Source of the DNA: Octopus sinensis
Lineage: Eukaryota
Assembly: GCF_006345805.1 (NCBI RefSeq)
Contig: NW_021834951.1
Span: 2,287 to 66,286 of the forward strand
Reading direction: 5' to 3'
DNA: 64,000 nt
Positions 50,659 through 63,788 of this stretch are shown here, piece after piece. Below the pieces are notes generated by a model. The model searched no databases. It had not been told where the DNA came from and saw nothing but the letters and a program-made list of their open reading frames with translations. The position numbers and the translations under genes are program-made. The first letter of the stretch is position 1. Each line of letters opens with the position of its first letter.

Positions 50659-51578
50659 CATATATACATATATATAATATATATATATGCATATTTACAT
50701 GTATGTATGTGTACTTCCATGCATGTGTGTGTGTGACAGAAACCATTAAGTTTGTTCACAGATAAATCCAGACAAAAGTAGAAAAAATCTTGCATCAACA
50801 TCGTCTGTTGTTTTATTTTATTTTCATATTTATTTGTATTTTTATATTTAATTGATTCCCTAGTTTTTTTAGAGGGGAGGGGGAATAAATGCGGGTGTGG
50901 GTGGGAGGGGAGGGGATATTTTTTTGTTTATTTATATTTAACATTTATTCCTGTTTCTTTGCTTTTTTGTTGTTTCATATAGGTATTTTTTTTTTTTTTT
51001 GGTTTTTCGTTTGTTTGGGTTTTGTTTTTTGCATCCTTTAAAAGTTTTGGACTCTAATTTTCCCAGATGTAAATACAAACCCCGTAATTACAGAGAATGT
51101 TGGGCGGGGTGGGGTGGGGGCCGAACTGGAGCAGAGGTGGGGTGGTGGTGGTCGGGGGTGGATAGAACGGTAGCTGATATAAAACTTATTAGATAAACAC
51201 GTGAAACACAGGCAACGAACACTGGTTGCCTACCCCGGAGTGCAGCTTTTAAACAAACACGCAAACCAAATATCTCAACTGAATATTCCATTTTTCATGG
51301 TCTTTATTTATCTTGCCCTCCCTAAGTACACACACCTATTTGCTTAGCAAGCTATGCATGGATGCTGTCTCATGTGAATGCCTCCATGTAAACCTCTTTA
51401 TTACATATGGGAAGCGAACAGTCCCCCACCCCTCGAAAAACATGGTCAATTAGCAGAGACTCCAGACTATAGAATCCACCCAGCTCCAACCCCAGCACCC
51501 CCACCTCCGATCTTTAGAGTTGTTAAAGAAGTGTGACTCAAGAAATTAATTTAACAGATGAAGAAACAAACTTTAGAT

Positions 51579-51817
51579 CAGGGTTTCCCAACCCCCTTTT
51601 TTTTTCACTCTGGATCCTTTTGATTCCTTATTTTATTGAGATGGACCCTCACAGCCATTTAATATTAAAAAAAAATCTTATATTTTTGTATTTCAATTTT
51701 ATTAAAATTCTATTAAAAAATGTTAAAATATTTCGTTTATTGAAGATGTATACCAGACTTATTGCACGTGAACTTTGGACCCTTAAAAGTCATAAAGACC
51801 CTGGCTGAGATCCACTG
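51579..51817. mobile_element. hAT-like MITE
   Basis: Ends cagggtttcccaa / ctgagatccactg, with 8-bp TSD ctttagat / ctttggat. Confidence 0.7.
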
Positions 51818-53076
51818 CTTTGGATGTTGAAGAATGAATAAAATGGTTAATGTTCCCTAAATTCAACAGACTCCAGTCTGCACACTGGTCATGTTGGCAT
51901 AAGGAAATGAAGGACAAACTCTTCACTTTGGGCTTGTCCCAGGACCCCAGAGGAATTTGGAGGATTCTAAGCAGCAAATATAGAGATTCCAGTGGGGGAA
52001 TGTTTTTAATTATAAAATTTAATCAACTGACACAGATCTCGTTAGATTTATTTTCATAATGTTGGTTTTAAATGATGTTGATGCCTAATTAATATCATTT
52101 GTTCATTTAGTGTCTGTTTCTCCATGCTGGCAAGATTTGGGACGAGGAATTATTCAAGACGGGATTTTATGACTGGATGCTCTTCCTGATGCCAAACCTC
52201 ATCTATTTTCAAAGAAGGCATCTTTTTATTCCAGAGATATTCAAAAGGTGAAAGAGACCCTTCAGGTCAGCAAGGATTGTTATAAACATCACCATTATTT
52301 CATTTGACAATCATTGAATATGGATATTTGTACACACACAGACACAATCAGTTAATATCTGTTTTCCATGGTGATATGGGTACATGTATACATAAACAAT
52401 AAGCTTCCTGCAGTTTCCATCTATCAAATTCCCTCTCAAGGTGTTGGTTGGTCGTGGGACAATAGCAGAAAACACCCAAGGTGCTGCTGCAGAGTGGAAC
52501 CAAAGCTGAAAGCCACGAGATTCTGAAGGGAATTTCCATACTGCTCCCTGTTTTGGTTGCTGATGTTATGTAATAGTGTTGTAAAATAAGGGAACAGTAT
52601 ATGTGATGGGGGGAGGAGGTACATTAAATTGGTGAACTGGTAAGGAGGGGTAGAGGTAAGAGGTGAAGAAACACCAGGAGGGAGGAAGGGACAGAAAGAA
52701 TGAGAACAGAGATGGAGGGAGGGAGGGATACAGAGAAAGACAGACACAGATGATGTATTTAGATTGAGAGAGGGGGGGATACACACATAACTAGAGGGAC
52801 ACACACAGATTTAAGGGAGATTCACACACACACATACATAGAAGGATGGATGTACACATACACATAGATTGAGAGAGAGAAAGGGGACATATAGATATGA
52901 AGAGAGGGAAAGAGGCAGAGAGGACACAAGCATAGAGAGAGGGACAAAGAGACACACACACCTAAATATAAAGAAAGAAAGAGAGAGAGAGAGAGAGAGA
53001 GATACAATATGGGTACAACCCACTCTTTATGCAACTGAGTAGAGACAAAGAGAGGGAAAGAGAGAAAGAGAGACAG

Positions 53077-53242
53077 AGGCGCAGGAGTGGCTGTGTGGTA
53101 AGTAGCTTGTTAACCAACCACATGGTTCCGGGTTCAGTCCCACTGCGTGGCATCTTGGGCAAGTGTCTTCTGCTAAAGCCTCGGGCCGACCAAAGCCTTG
53201 TGAGTGGATTTGGTAGACAGAAACTGAAAGAAGCCTGTCGTA

Positions 53243-53293
<51 letters not shown>

Positions 53294-53510
53294 GTGTGTT
53301 TGTGTGTCTGTGTTTGTCCCCCTAGCATTGCTTGACAACCGATGCTGGTGTGTTTACATTCCCGTCACTTAGCGGTTCGGCAAAAGAGACCGATAGAATA
53401 AGTACTAGGCTTACAAAGAATAAGTCCCGGGGTCGATTTGCTCGACTAAAAGGCGGTGCTCCAGCATGGCCGCAGTCAAATGACTGAAACTAGTAAAAGT
53501 AAAAGTAGAG
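53077..53510 (+). mobile_element. Full-length SINE family A
   Basis: Very similar to 22195-22598 and 59828-60243. Confidence 0.95.
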
Positions 53511-54010
53511 ATAGCAAGAGGGTGGTGGTGGCAGTAGGACTCAGTGATGGAGTTGCAGAATGATGAGATAAATTAGTGAGAAAGTTGAAAACGTTGAAAG
53601 CTGGAGTGAAATATGGTTTTGCTAATGAGTTTCCTAATGGTCGTTACATCAAAATACTTTAATTAGTGGCCGAGTCATTATCGCCGACATCCACCGTGAA
53701 CAGAAACTCTGAGTACAAAACAGAAGTAGACGTTAATAAATTGTGTGGAGTTGGGAGATCAAAAGAGTTTGGAAATTGTAGACAGACAGTGACAGCCTCT
53801 TGCAGACATTACCATAATCTGAAGAGGTTGGCACCAAAGCTGAGCGCATATCCATAAGCATATGTGTATGCATGCACGCATAAGCATTTATATACACACA
53901 CACACACACACACACACATTACAGAAGTTTATATCTAAGAAACTGTCTAAAAAGCATATTATATATATACACGTACAAGCATACAACAGACATGTAAGTA
54001 TATATATATG

Positions 54011-54053
<43 letters not shown>

Positions 54054-54130
54054 GTGTGTGTGTGTGTGTATATATACACATATGTATGCATGTATGTATG
54101 TATGTATATGTATATATATATATATATGTA

Positions 54131-54175
<45 letters not shown>

Positions 54176-55660
54176 ATGTGTGTGTATATATATATATGTA
54201 TGTATATATATGTGTATGTATATATATATATATATATATTATATATGTAGGTATGTATGTATATATATATATATAATATGTGTGTGTGTGTGTGTGTATA
54301 TATATAATGTATGTATGTATGCAAGTATGTGTATATATACATCTATGCATATAAGCATGTGTGTGTGTATATATATATATATATTATATATATATATAAA
54401 TACATGCATGTATATGTGTATGTAATTACATATATGTGTGTGTGGTGTGTACTACGTATGTGTGTATTTATCGATGTTAATGCTTGTCTAACAAGTGAGA
54501 CGAGTGAAGAGTCAGGCTTCACTGTCTCTGATTATCCACTTCTGAAGAGGAATTCTTCAAAACACATTTCCATTGAAGAATTAAAACTCAAGAGAAAGTT
54601 GAAACCTATCAAATTCTTCACAGACATGTAGCGTTTGCATACGGAGACACACAGACATGTGTAGATAAATGAATACATACATATGTCTACAAATAGATGT
54701 ATTTTCTTGCAACCTATTCCATAATTTTTAAGTCAATTACAGTAAACATGGCAGAGATGTCGGTTAGACATTAAATGGCACAATCTATGTGTGTGTGCGT
54801 GAGTGTGTGTGTGTGTGTAGTTGTGTGTGTACAGTTCTGCATCCATGGTTTTGTGTGTGTGTATGGTTTTGTATGCATGGTTTTGTGTTTATGTGTATGT
54901 GTGCGTGTGTGTCTGTGTGTGCACAGCTGTGTATGGCAGTGTCTGTATGGTTCTGTGTGTGTATGGTTGTGTGAGTGTGTGTGTATGGTTCTGTGTGTAT
55001 GGTTTTGCGTGTGTGTGTGTGTACATGTGTGCAAGTATGGTTGTGTGTTGTGTGTCGTGCACATAACCTCCAGTTTGAAATTCCCATCCCTTTCATGCGC
55101 CAAGCTAACCCTGTGCAGTTCACCAAGTAAACACACCTGCATCGTGAGATTGCAACAAGAATCACAACATCATTGACTCACAGCACAACATGTAATCTCT
55201 GCAGCTCTACCGAGTCTGCAAGAGATGATGGGTGGGGGGGGAGGGGAGAGAGAGAACAAGTCGGAGAATGCTTCCTATGTAAATACAAGACCAAAATTTA
55301 GAGGGGGAACAACAAAAATATGAAATTAATCGCTGATTCAATAATAATAATAATAATAAAAAAGATTTGGTGAAAGCCCTTTATTAAATTGTGCAAAAAG
55401 GGTTGTTATGTGGTAGGGAAGTTTGCTTTGTGCACACACAGGGTTTCAGGTTTCTGGACTTGCATAGTTTGTCATTTGTAGGGCTGCTGTTACACACACT
55501 GACATCCTGGGATGCATTCAGAGAAGGGCCATACAACAGACAGGTGTTTTCTCTTTCGTTTGTTGGAGGTGGCCCCTCTGTAGGTGCAGCTTTGCCAGGC
55601 CGTGGAGTGGGGGGGGGTCATGTGCTTGCATTCCCAAGGGTTGGAGTTTATCCATTGTAT

Positions 55661-55700
<40 letters not shown>

Positions 55701-55939
55701 ATGTGAGTAACTGAGAGTCAATCCATGGTGCAAATTTTGCCACTTCTACATTCAACATTTGAAAATACCACAATTAAAGGCAGTGTTCAATAATTGCAAT
55801 GAGATGATTGAAGGTTAACATCAATAGTAGATCTGAATTAAAGATTGTCTTGATATAGATTATAACACATTATATGACCATCACCTATGACAATACCTTT
55901 TCAAAAATTGGATTGGGTGTGTAAAGCAAACAACAATGA

Positions 55940-56318
55940 AATAGAGATATGACAAAATAGTCAAAATACAGCACAAATAAGACACATCACAGGTAAAACA
56001 GAGCACAGGTAAGACAGTGCACAGGTAAGACACATCACAAGTAAGATACATCACAAGTAAAACAGGACACGAGTAAGACAGAGCACAGGTAAAACAGCAC
56101 AGGTAAGACAGAGCACAGGTAAGATACATCACAAGTAAAACAGGACACGAGTAAGACAGAGCACAGGTAAAACAGCACAGGTAAGACAGAGTAGTTAAGA
56201 CAAAACATAGTTAAGACTCAACACAAATCAAACACAATACAGTTAAAATACAACAAAGTTAAGACATATCACAGTCAAGACATGACTTATTTAAGACACA
56301 TTTAAGACAGAGCACAAA
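55940..56318. repeat. ~16-bp minisatellite (gtaagacagagcacag)
   Basis: About 20 degenerate units, with a higher-order duplication between about 56033-56110 and 56111-56190. Confidence 0.88.
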
Positions 56319-56423
56319 TCCTTTGGTAATTAATAAAATATGTCACTTAGCTGGAGTGAAGCAAGAAAAAGTGAAGTATTTACCTGCAAAGAGAGAAAAA
56401 ATAAATATATAAGATAAATATAT

Positions 56424-56457
<34 letters not shown>

Positions 56458-57031
56458 AAGTTATGAGCTTATGTTTACAAGTTAGAGGTAAAAACTTCAC
56501 AGTAGAAACAGTGGAGTTGTATATTCTTCATAAGAAGTGGAAGCTTTCCACGTCATTTCTGCAAGTTGTCAATCTTCAGAGAAATATTGAAATAAAACCC
56601 ACAGATAAATTTATACCCATAAATAATGAAAGGATGTAAGCAATGTTAGACAGAACTGGTTGGAAATTCGGATTATAATCAACCAGTGGTAAAATTTCAT
56701 TACAAATGGAAGAGTATGCTTAGAGTTACAAAGATTCCATACAATAATAGGTTTAAAATGTTTACATATTTCAACAAATTATCGGTGCACATCAAAAGGT
56801 TCGTTATTTTTACCTGTGGAAAAACAAAATAACAACAAACACATGCAATGTTACAAGGAAGATTACTCATACGAAACACTCAAACATTCAAAATTCCTTC
56901 AAGATTAATTTTTTTTTCATTTTGTGTAGCACAGAAAGCAGAAATGTTACTAGCCGGACGGTAATCTAAAATTGTACAGAAAAAACTCGCTGGGATGTCT
57001 GCAAGAATTTACAGATTCAGACTTCTTATTT

Positions 57032-57345
57032 CATCATCATCATCATTTAGCATCCGCTTTCCATGCTAGCATGGGTTGGACGGTTCAACTGGGGTCTGGG
57101 AAGCCAGAAGGCTGCACCAGGCCCAGTTTGATCTGGCAATGTTTCTACGGCTGGATGCCCTTCCTAACGCCAACCACTCCATGAGTGTAGTGGGTGCTTT
57201 TTACGTGCCAGACGAGTCTGGCAAACGGCCACGATCAGATGGTGCTTTTTATGTGCCACCGGCACGAGGGCAGTCGGGGCGGCGCTGGCAACGGCCATGT
57301 TCGGATGGTTCTCTTACGTGCCACTGGTACTGGTAACTCAGCTGC
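57032..57345 (-). mobile_element. SINE-like family C
   Basis: (cat)n-ttagcatccgctttccatgctagcatgggttggacgg...ggatgcccttcctaacgccaacc. Confidence 0.88.
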
Positions 57346-58269
57346 AATTTCCATTGATCAATTTCGATTCTGATTCTCACTTGCCTCAACAGGTCTTATT
57401 TAGAATGGTAAAATTCTGTAATAGAGTATGAAGCCTTTTTTCCCCTTTTCGGTAGGTTACATTTTTTCATACCAAGCATATGTGTAAGAGAATGTATGAT
57501 CAATGAGAGACCAATCAATCTTTAAGTCAATGATAATGTTCACGTCTGGATGGGTTTGGATGAGGCTGCATCCTATTGTCTTTCAGTCTGAATATGCACA
57601 GAATATTAATTTTCAAAGGATTCTCTGTAAGCCTGTTGTAGTTTTGGGCATTGATAGTGTCTGCAAGAGGGTGGTGGATAGACACTTCCTATTAAATGAA
57701 TAGAAGGTAAGATCACTACAACAGTTTCTCAAAGAAGAAATATTTGATAGAGGTAAGCAATGTTTTCCCTATTTTTACTGTGGGTGTTGTGAGGTTCATA
57801 ACTAGACAATAATTTAAATCCATAGTTGGACACGTGGAGCCTTGGTGGTTGTTGTTAGCATAAGGGAGATAATCACTTCTAGATAAATCCTATGTATAAT
57901 GCGATTTCATCCTTATTTGAAGTCATCAGCATTAGAAGTATAACTGCTGTCAGAAAAGATGCAATTACACACAGGTAAGAAATTTGAAGTTACACCAACC
58001 ATACTATAAATTTAAATTTCTACCAGTAATTACTGGGATATTTGGAGACAGAAATAATGGCCATGGTACCAATCTTGGGAAACTGAGATTTTCAAAACCA
58101 GAAAGAACATACCTAATCAAGGTTATCGTTACAAGCTATCAAAGGCACTGTCAGAATATGTAAAACATTAAGAAAGTTTCATAATTAATAAGATCCACAT
58201 CTGCTCATATATAAGCAAGGGCACATAAATGTGAGTAGTCACATATCTACATACACACACACATACATG

Positions 58270-58714
58270 GAATATTAAAAGCACATCCAAGTGTGATTGT
58301 TGCCAGGGCCAGGGATTGGTTCCCATGCCGGTGACACATGAAAAGCACCATTCGAGCATGATCGGTGCCAACTTCGCCTTGCCATCACATGTGCTGGTGG
58401 CACATGAATAGCAACGTTCAAGCATGATTGTTGTCAGTGCCACCACACTGGCTCCCATGCAGGTGGCACATAAAAAACACCTTTTGAGCGTGCTCATTGC
58501 CAGAACCACCTGACTGGCTCTGGTGCCGGTGGGATGTAAAGAGCACCCACTACACTCTCGGAGTGGTTGGCATTAGGAAGGGCATCCAGCTGTAGAAACA
58601 TTGCCAGATCAGACTGGAGCCTGGTGCAGCCTTCTGGTACACCAGTCCTCAGTGAAACCGTCCAACCCATGCCAGCATGGAAAGCGGACGTTAAATGATG
58701 ACGATGATGATGAT
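58270..58714 (+). mobile_element. SINE-like family C with internal ~60-bp tandem units
   Basis: Repeated ggtggcaca..aaaagcacc units, then gtggttggcattaggaagggcatccagc...ggacgttaaa(tga)n. Confidence 0.85.
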
Positions 58715-59608
58715 ACAAACACTTACATACATACATGTATGCATATACACACACACACAAATACAAGCACTTTCATATGTAAATTGAGATTGTATATTTG
58801 CAACAAGACTGGAGTGAGGTCAGGTCAGGTTAGGTCAGGTGTAGGGTCAAGAGCCATTTGTTGGTAGATCCTCAGATCATTCCTAGTTGATTCGTTGAGC
58901 ACAGTATGAGTCAGTCCCCATTTCCATGAGGTACCTCCTCATTTGTCTTGACCATGTGGCACATGGTCAACCAACATGGACAGTGAGAATGTGTTGTCTC
59001 AGCAGTGAGATCCAGTGAGTGAGGGTAGAGGTTCAATTCAGTCATAAAGTTATATATTTGCTCAATCAGCAAGGGTCATGTTTATTCAATAAACACACAC
59101 ACACACATGTATATACTCACACACATATATATACACACAAGTGAAATGGTGTATATATATATTAATGTTATTTAACCCCAGGTCAATCCTTACCAAGCAG
59201 ACAAAAGCCATTCCAACAATGACCACCTAAGACTATATCTTTTACTTTCTTCCAGTGGTAATGTAAAAAAAAAAGGATATTTAGTCGCTATTTCTAGCAG
59301 ATCAATCAACCACTTAGAGGATCTCTCCTTCACTTATGGCTGCAGTTGTTGTTGTGTTGCTAAATCTCGATAAGGCAACACTCGACGAAGAGAAGGAAGC
59401 AGACCATTGAAGGTACTCTGAATGCTGCAGCTCGGGCTTATTACAATGGACTGAGAACAAGAGTGAATTGTTAATCACAACAACACAGCAATCACAGCAA
59501 CCCTGTCTGGGAATATGTGTCTGTACAGATATACTTGACACCTTACAAGGAGAAGGAACTGTGCAGTTGATAAGATAACAGCCAATAGTAGTAGTAGTAG
59601 TAGTAGTA

Positions 59609-59647
<39 letters not shown>

Positions 59648-59827
59648 CAGCGGCAGCAGTAGTAGTAGGAGCAGAGTCATGCATACTAACACCATGTCTA
59701 CTTTTAGTGGCATAGAGAAACCCCTCCACACTTAGGGGGTGACTGTTGTATTAAGTCTAACACTGGAATATATATATGTATACACACACACACACACAGA
59801 CACACACACACATATATATATATTTAT

Positions 59828-59990
59828 AGGTGCAGGAGTGGCTGTGTGGTAAGTAGCTTGCTTACCAACCACATGGTTCCGGGTTCAGTTCCACTGTGTG
59901 ACACCTTGGGCAAGTGTCTTCTACTATAGCCTTGACCCGACCAAAGTCTTGTGAGTTGATTTGGTAGATGGAAACTGAAAGAAGCCCCTC

Positions 59991-60023
<33 letters not shown>

Positions 60024-60243
60024 AGTGCGTGTGTGTGTGTGTCTGTGTTTGTCCCCTCAACGTCACTTGACAACCGATGCTGGCGTGTCTACGTCTCCAT
60101 AACTTAGCGGTTCGGCAAAAGAGTCCGATAGAATAAGTACTAGGCTTACGAAGAATAAGTCCTGGGGTCAATTTGTTCGACTAAAGGCGGTGCTCCAGCA
60201 TGGCCGCAGTCAAATGACTGGAACAAGTAAAAGAGTAAAAGAA
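59828..60243 (+). mobile_element. Full-length SINE family A
   Basis: Complete head, internal microsatellite and tail. Confidence 0.95.
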
Positions 60244-60529
60244 TTTATATATACACCATTATGTAGGTGTGTGTGTGTGTGAGTAAGTATTTATGCATGT
60301 ATGTGTATACGTGTGTCAGTGGGCAAAAATAGGATTGTACCTGTAATTGGAAGAACCAGCCTGTTTTTTTATGAATTGTACCAGTAATTCAAAAGGCCTG
60401 CCTCATCTGTGTTAAGGGTACATGTGTCTGTGGAGTGCTCACCCACTTGGACATTAATTTTATGAGCAGGCTGTTCCGTTGATTGGATCAACTGGAACCA
60501 ATAGAGTGTCAATTAAATGTGCATGTATG

Positions 60530-60780
60530 TCATCATCATCATCGTTTAACATCCGTTCTCCATGGTGGCATGGGTTGGACGGTTCTACTGGGGTCTGGGA
60601 AGCCAGAAGGCTGCACCAGGCTCCAGTCTGATCTGGCAATGTTTCTACAGCTGGATGCCCTTCCTAATGCCAACCACTCTGTGAGTGTAGTGGGTGCTTT
60701 TTACGTGCCACCAGCACAGGTGCCAGGCGAGGCTGGCAACGGCCACGATCGGATTGGTGCTTTTTACGTGCCACCAGCAT
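60530..60780 (-). mobile_element. SINE-like family C
   Basis: Near-identical to 57032-57270. Confidence 0.88.
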
Positions 60781-60887
60781 ACATATATATATATATAGGG
60801 ATAGTTTACAAAAAAAACAAAAGACAAAGACAGGTGGTGTACAAAACAAACAGACGTATTAGTATAACGCTCAGGAATAGAAAAAGT

Positions 60888-60923
60888 CTTTTACGTTTCT
60901 AGCCTATGCTCTTCTACAGAAAG
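60888..60923 (-). ncRNA. Minimal hammerhead-like motif (core variant CTGTAGA) in a ~190-bp element (60798-60985)
   Basis: Minus strand: CTTT-CTGTAGA-a-GAGC atag GCTA-GAAA-CG-TA-AAAG, the same architecture as 31682-31714. The element is flanked by (TA)n. Confidence 0.65.
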
Positions 60924-62467
60924 GGACACAGAAAGAACAAGGAGAGAAAAAAATGTGTGTCGTGGCTAACGATCTATCATGGTGACATATTATATATATA
61001 TAATATATATATATATTATATATATATATGTGAGTGTGTATGTAAATATGTGTATGCCAGTGGTGTATTACTTGCTGAATCTAGAGAAAGGAGAGGGGTC
61101 CATGACCATTGCAGTTTCTCCAAGATGGGAGAGCTTGTGCAAATCAAGCTTAGCAAGAAAGACATGAGCAACGAGAAGATTCCAAAGGGATGATGTTATG
61201 GGGAGGACGGATTGTGCACAGTTGTTAGTGCAGCACTGGAGTGGTTGGACACAGCAAGGGTGAAAGAAGATGGTGAGATAGGTGGGCAAGAGGGCACCTG
61301 GATGGTGGGAGTACAAGATTAACCAGTTTTCAGAAACAGAGACCATTACAGTAGAGGTAGAAAAGACAGAAAGAGAGGACAGAGAACACCTGTGAGCCAA
61401 AGGGAGGAATGTCTATTAATGACTGAACGCCTGTCTGTTGAATGGCCCTTCTCTGAATGCATTCCAGGATGTCAGTGTGTGTAATAGCAGCACTACTGAC
61501 CCCTACATTGCAAGCCTCACTTCTGCCTTGTAGTGTATTAACTGTTAGGGGATGAAATATCCTCTACTCCTAAAGAAAAGCCCTAGTTTTTGGTATGTGG
61601 TCCTAGCTGTATCAAGGAGGTGCTTTTGTCATGAAAGGTCTTTAATAATGATAAGGCACAGCATTTGGAATGACCATGAGGGTCCCAGCTCATGTTTATA
61701 GTGGGTATGGCACCCTTGTGTTTCTTCATTTGTATAGGGTTTGAATGCTTTTGCTGTTAAAAAAGATAAGGTTGGCACTGCCCCACAAGGCAATGGCCTG
61801 AAGATCACTACTTATGGTTCCAAGACGGTTTGTCATGTGATGGATACGCTGAGTGTGGATGACACACGGTTGGGAAGGGTGTTAGGGGAAAATGAAGGGT
61901 TTTGTCATTTGCATAAGAGTGGGTGTTGTTTTTGGGATGAGGTGGCAAAAAGATTAGGTCATGATTAGAAGAACTGAACCCTAGGGAACTGAGAGTTGGA
62001 CAGAAAGAGCTGTGCTGACCTGTTGCAATGATACAACTAGATGGGGAGCTACTAATCCAAGAGATGGAGATGGGTGGAACCCATAAATGAGAAGTTTTGG
62101 TAGGAAATTTGCATGCTAGACACATAGTCAAAGGTCAACAATCATAGGTCAAACCATCAATTGTAACAGGGTGTAAAGGTCAAACACTTAAAGGTCAACA
62201 CGACCAAACTAACAGGGTCAGAGAGTATCATCTGAGGATGTTTTAGTTGATAAGTAAGAAGTTGGGAGCCCACAGGGAATTGATGGAGAGTAATGAATAT
62301 AAAGGGGAGGCAGTAGGAGTAGCAGACAGAAAGGAGTATCAGGACTTCAGGTGTGGTAAATGAAAATGGGAGTACAGGTGTACATGTGAAATGAAGTCAA
62401 AGAACTGCTGAGGCAGGGGGAAGAAGTTAAGAGAGAGAGAAAGAGAGAGTGGGAGGGAGAAAGAGCT

Positions 62468-62498
<31 letters not shown>

Positions 62499-63356
62499 AC
62501 TTAAACTCTGTTGGCAGCAAAGAGTTTCTTTGAAGTTTTTTAATGTGTGTTGTTGTTGTTGTCAGCCTCAGATCAATCTAAGGAATTCTAGCCATGACTA
62601 TCACAACATTTTTGTACGTGTAAGAAAGTCAAGCCTACATTATTAACCAATATGCCCTGTCTTAGACTGGCAGGGTGTGATGAGAGGAGAAATTTTGTTG
62701 CTATTTCTAGCAACCACATTGAAGTTCCACTGATGACCCACAGAGTATCAGTTGAGATGATGCGTGATGGTGTTGACATGTGGACAAAGGACATGTTTGG
62801 GGGTGAAAGAGTGCCACATGACGGCCAGGGATCTGTGGACGAGGAAGACAGAGAACAATGGGGGTGAGAGGGGGGAGAGGAATGGCGGAGACGCAGGTAG
62901 GTGAAGGTCACAGAAAAGATGACAACAGACCAAAGTGGAGTGGGGTGGAGGGTGATATTTAGAAGAGACAACATTAAAACGATGTGGTTGATAACAGCAT
63001 CAATAATCAATATACGGTACCCGCAGGTGACATTTATCAATATATATCTTCTTGTATACACCTACATTATCAATGTAGGGTAGCTGGAGACGAGAGGAGA
63101 TTGAACCTGGCGAGGAGTCATAGCAACAGCGTAGGAGACAAAAGATAAGATTATGTGAAAGTTGTTATATCATCTCAAGCACACACACACACACACATGC
63201 ATATGGGTATGTGTGTGTGTGTGTGTGTACACATATGTGTGTATATGTACACAGTTACACACCCATTAACACATACGTATAGAGAAGACCGACTCAGCCT
63301 AGACGGAATGCACTCTAACATAAAGATAGTGATTGACACAGAGTGATATGTGTAAA

Positions 63357-63388
<32 letters not shown>

Positions 63389-63705
63389 TGTGTGTGTGTA
63401 TGTGTGTGTGTGTATGTGTGTGTGTAAATGTGTGTCTGAGTGTGTTTGTGCACGTGTGTGAGAGAGAGAGAGTGTGTGTATAAATGTGTGTCTGAATGTG
63501 TATGTACATATAATTATATACATATTTTTATGTATATATATATAAATTAGAAAGAAACCACCTTTTATCAACTCAATAATGAAAAAATTAAATTATACCA
63601 TTTAGAAAAATTACATCTTATAGAAAGATTAAATAAAAGATAAAACATACACTGATGATTAAGTAACTGTGCATAATAATAAATAAAACATATATATTGG
63701 TAGAA

Positions 63706-63788
63706 TAACTACACGTGTTTCGTGGCTATATTTAAGAAATGATAATAGTAAAATCATTTCAATATAAATACAGTCACTCTTCAGGTTA
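63706..63788 (-). ncRNA. Type I hammerhead motif with palindromic stem III CACGTG, intact core
   Basis: Minus strand: TAAC-CTGAAGA-GTGACTGTATTTA...GAAATGAT..ATCATTTC...TAAATATAGCCAC-GAAA-CACGTG-TA-GTTA. Confidence 0.88.

Noticed and set aside
55940-56318. CRISPR-like array
   Set aside because: Tandem ~16-bp units with no unique spacers, no cas genes, and a eukaryotic context.
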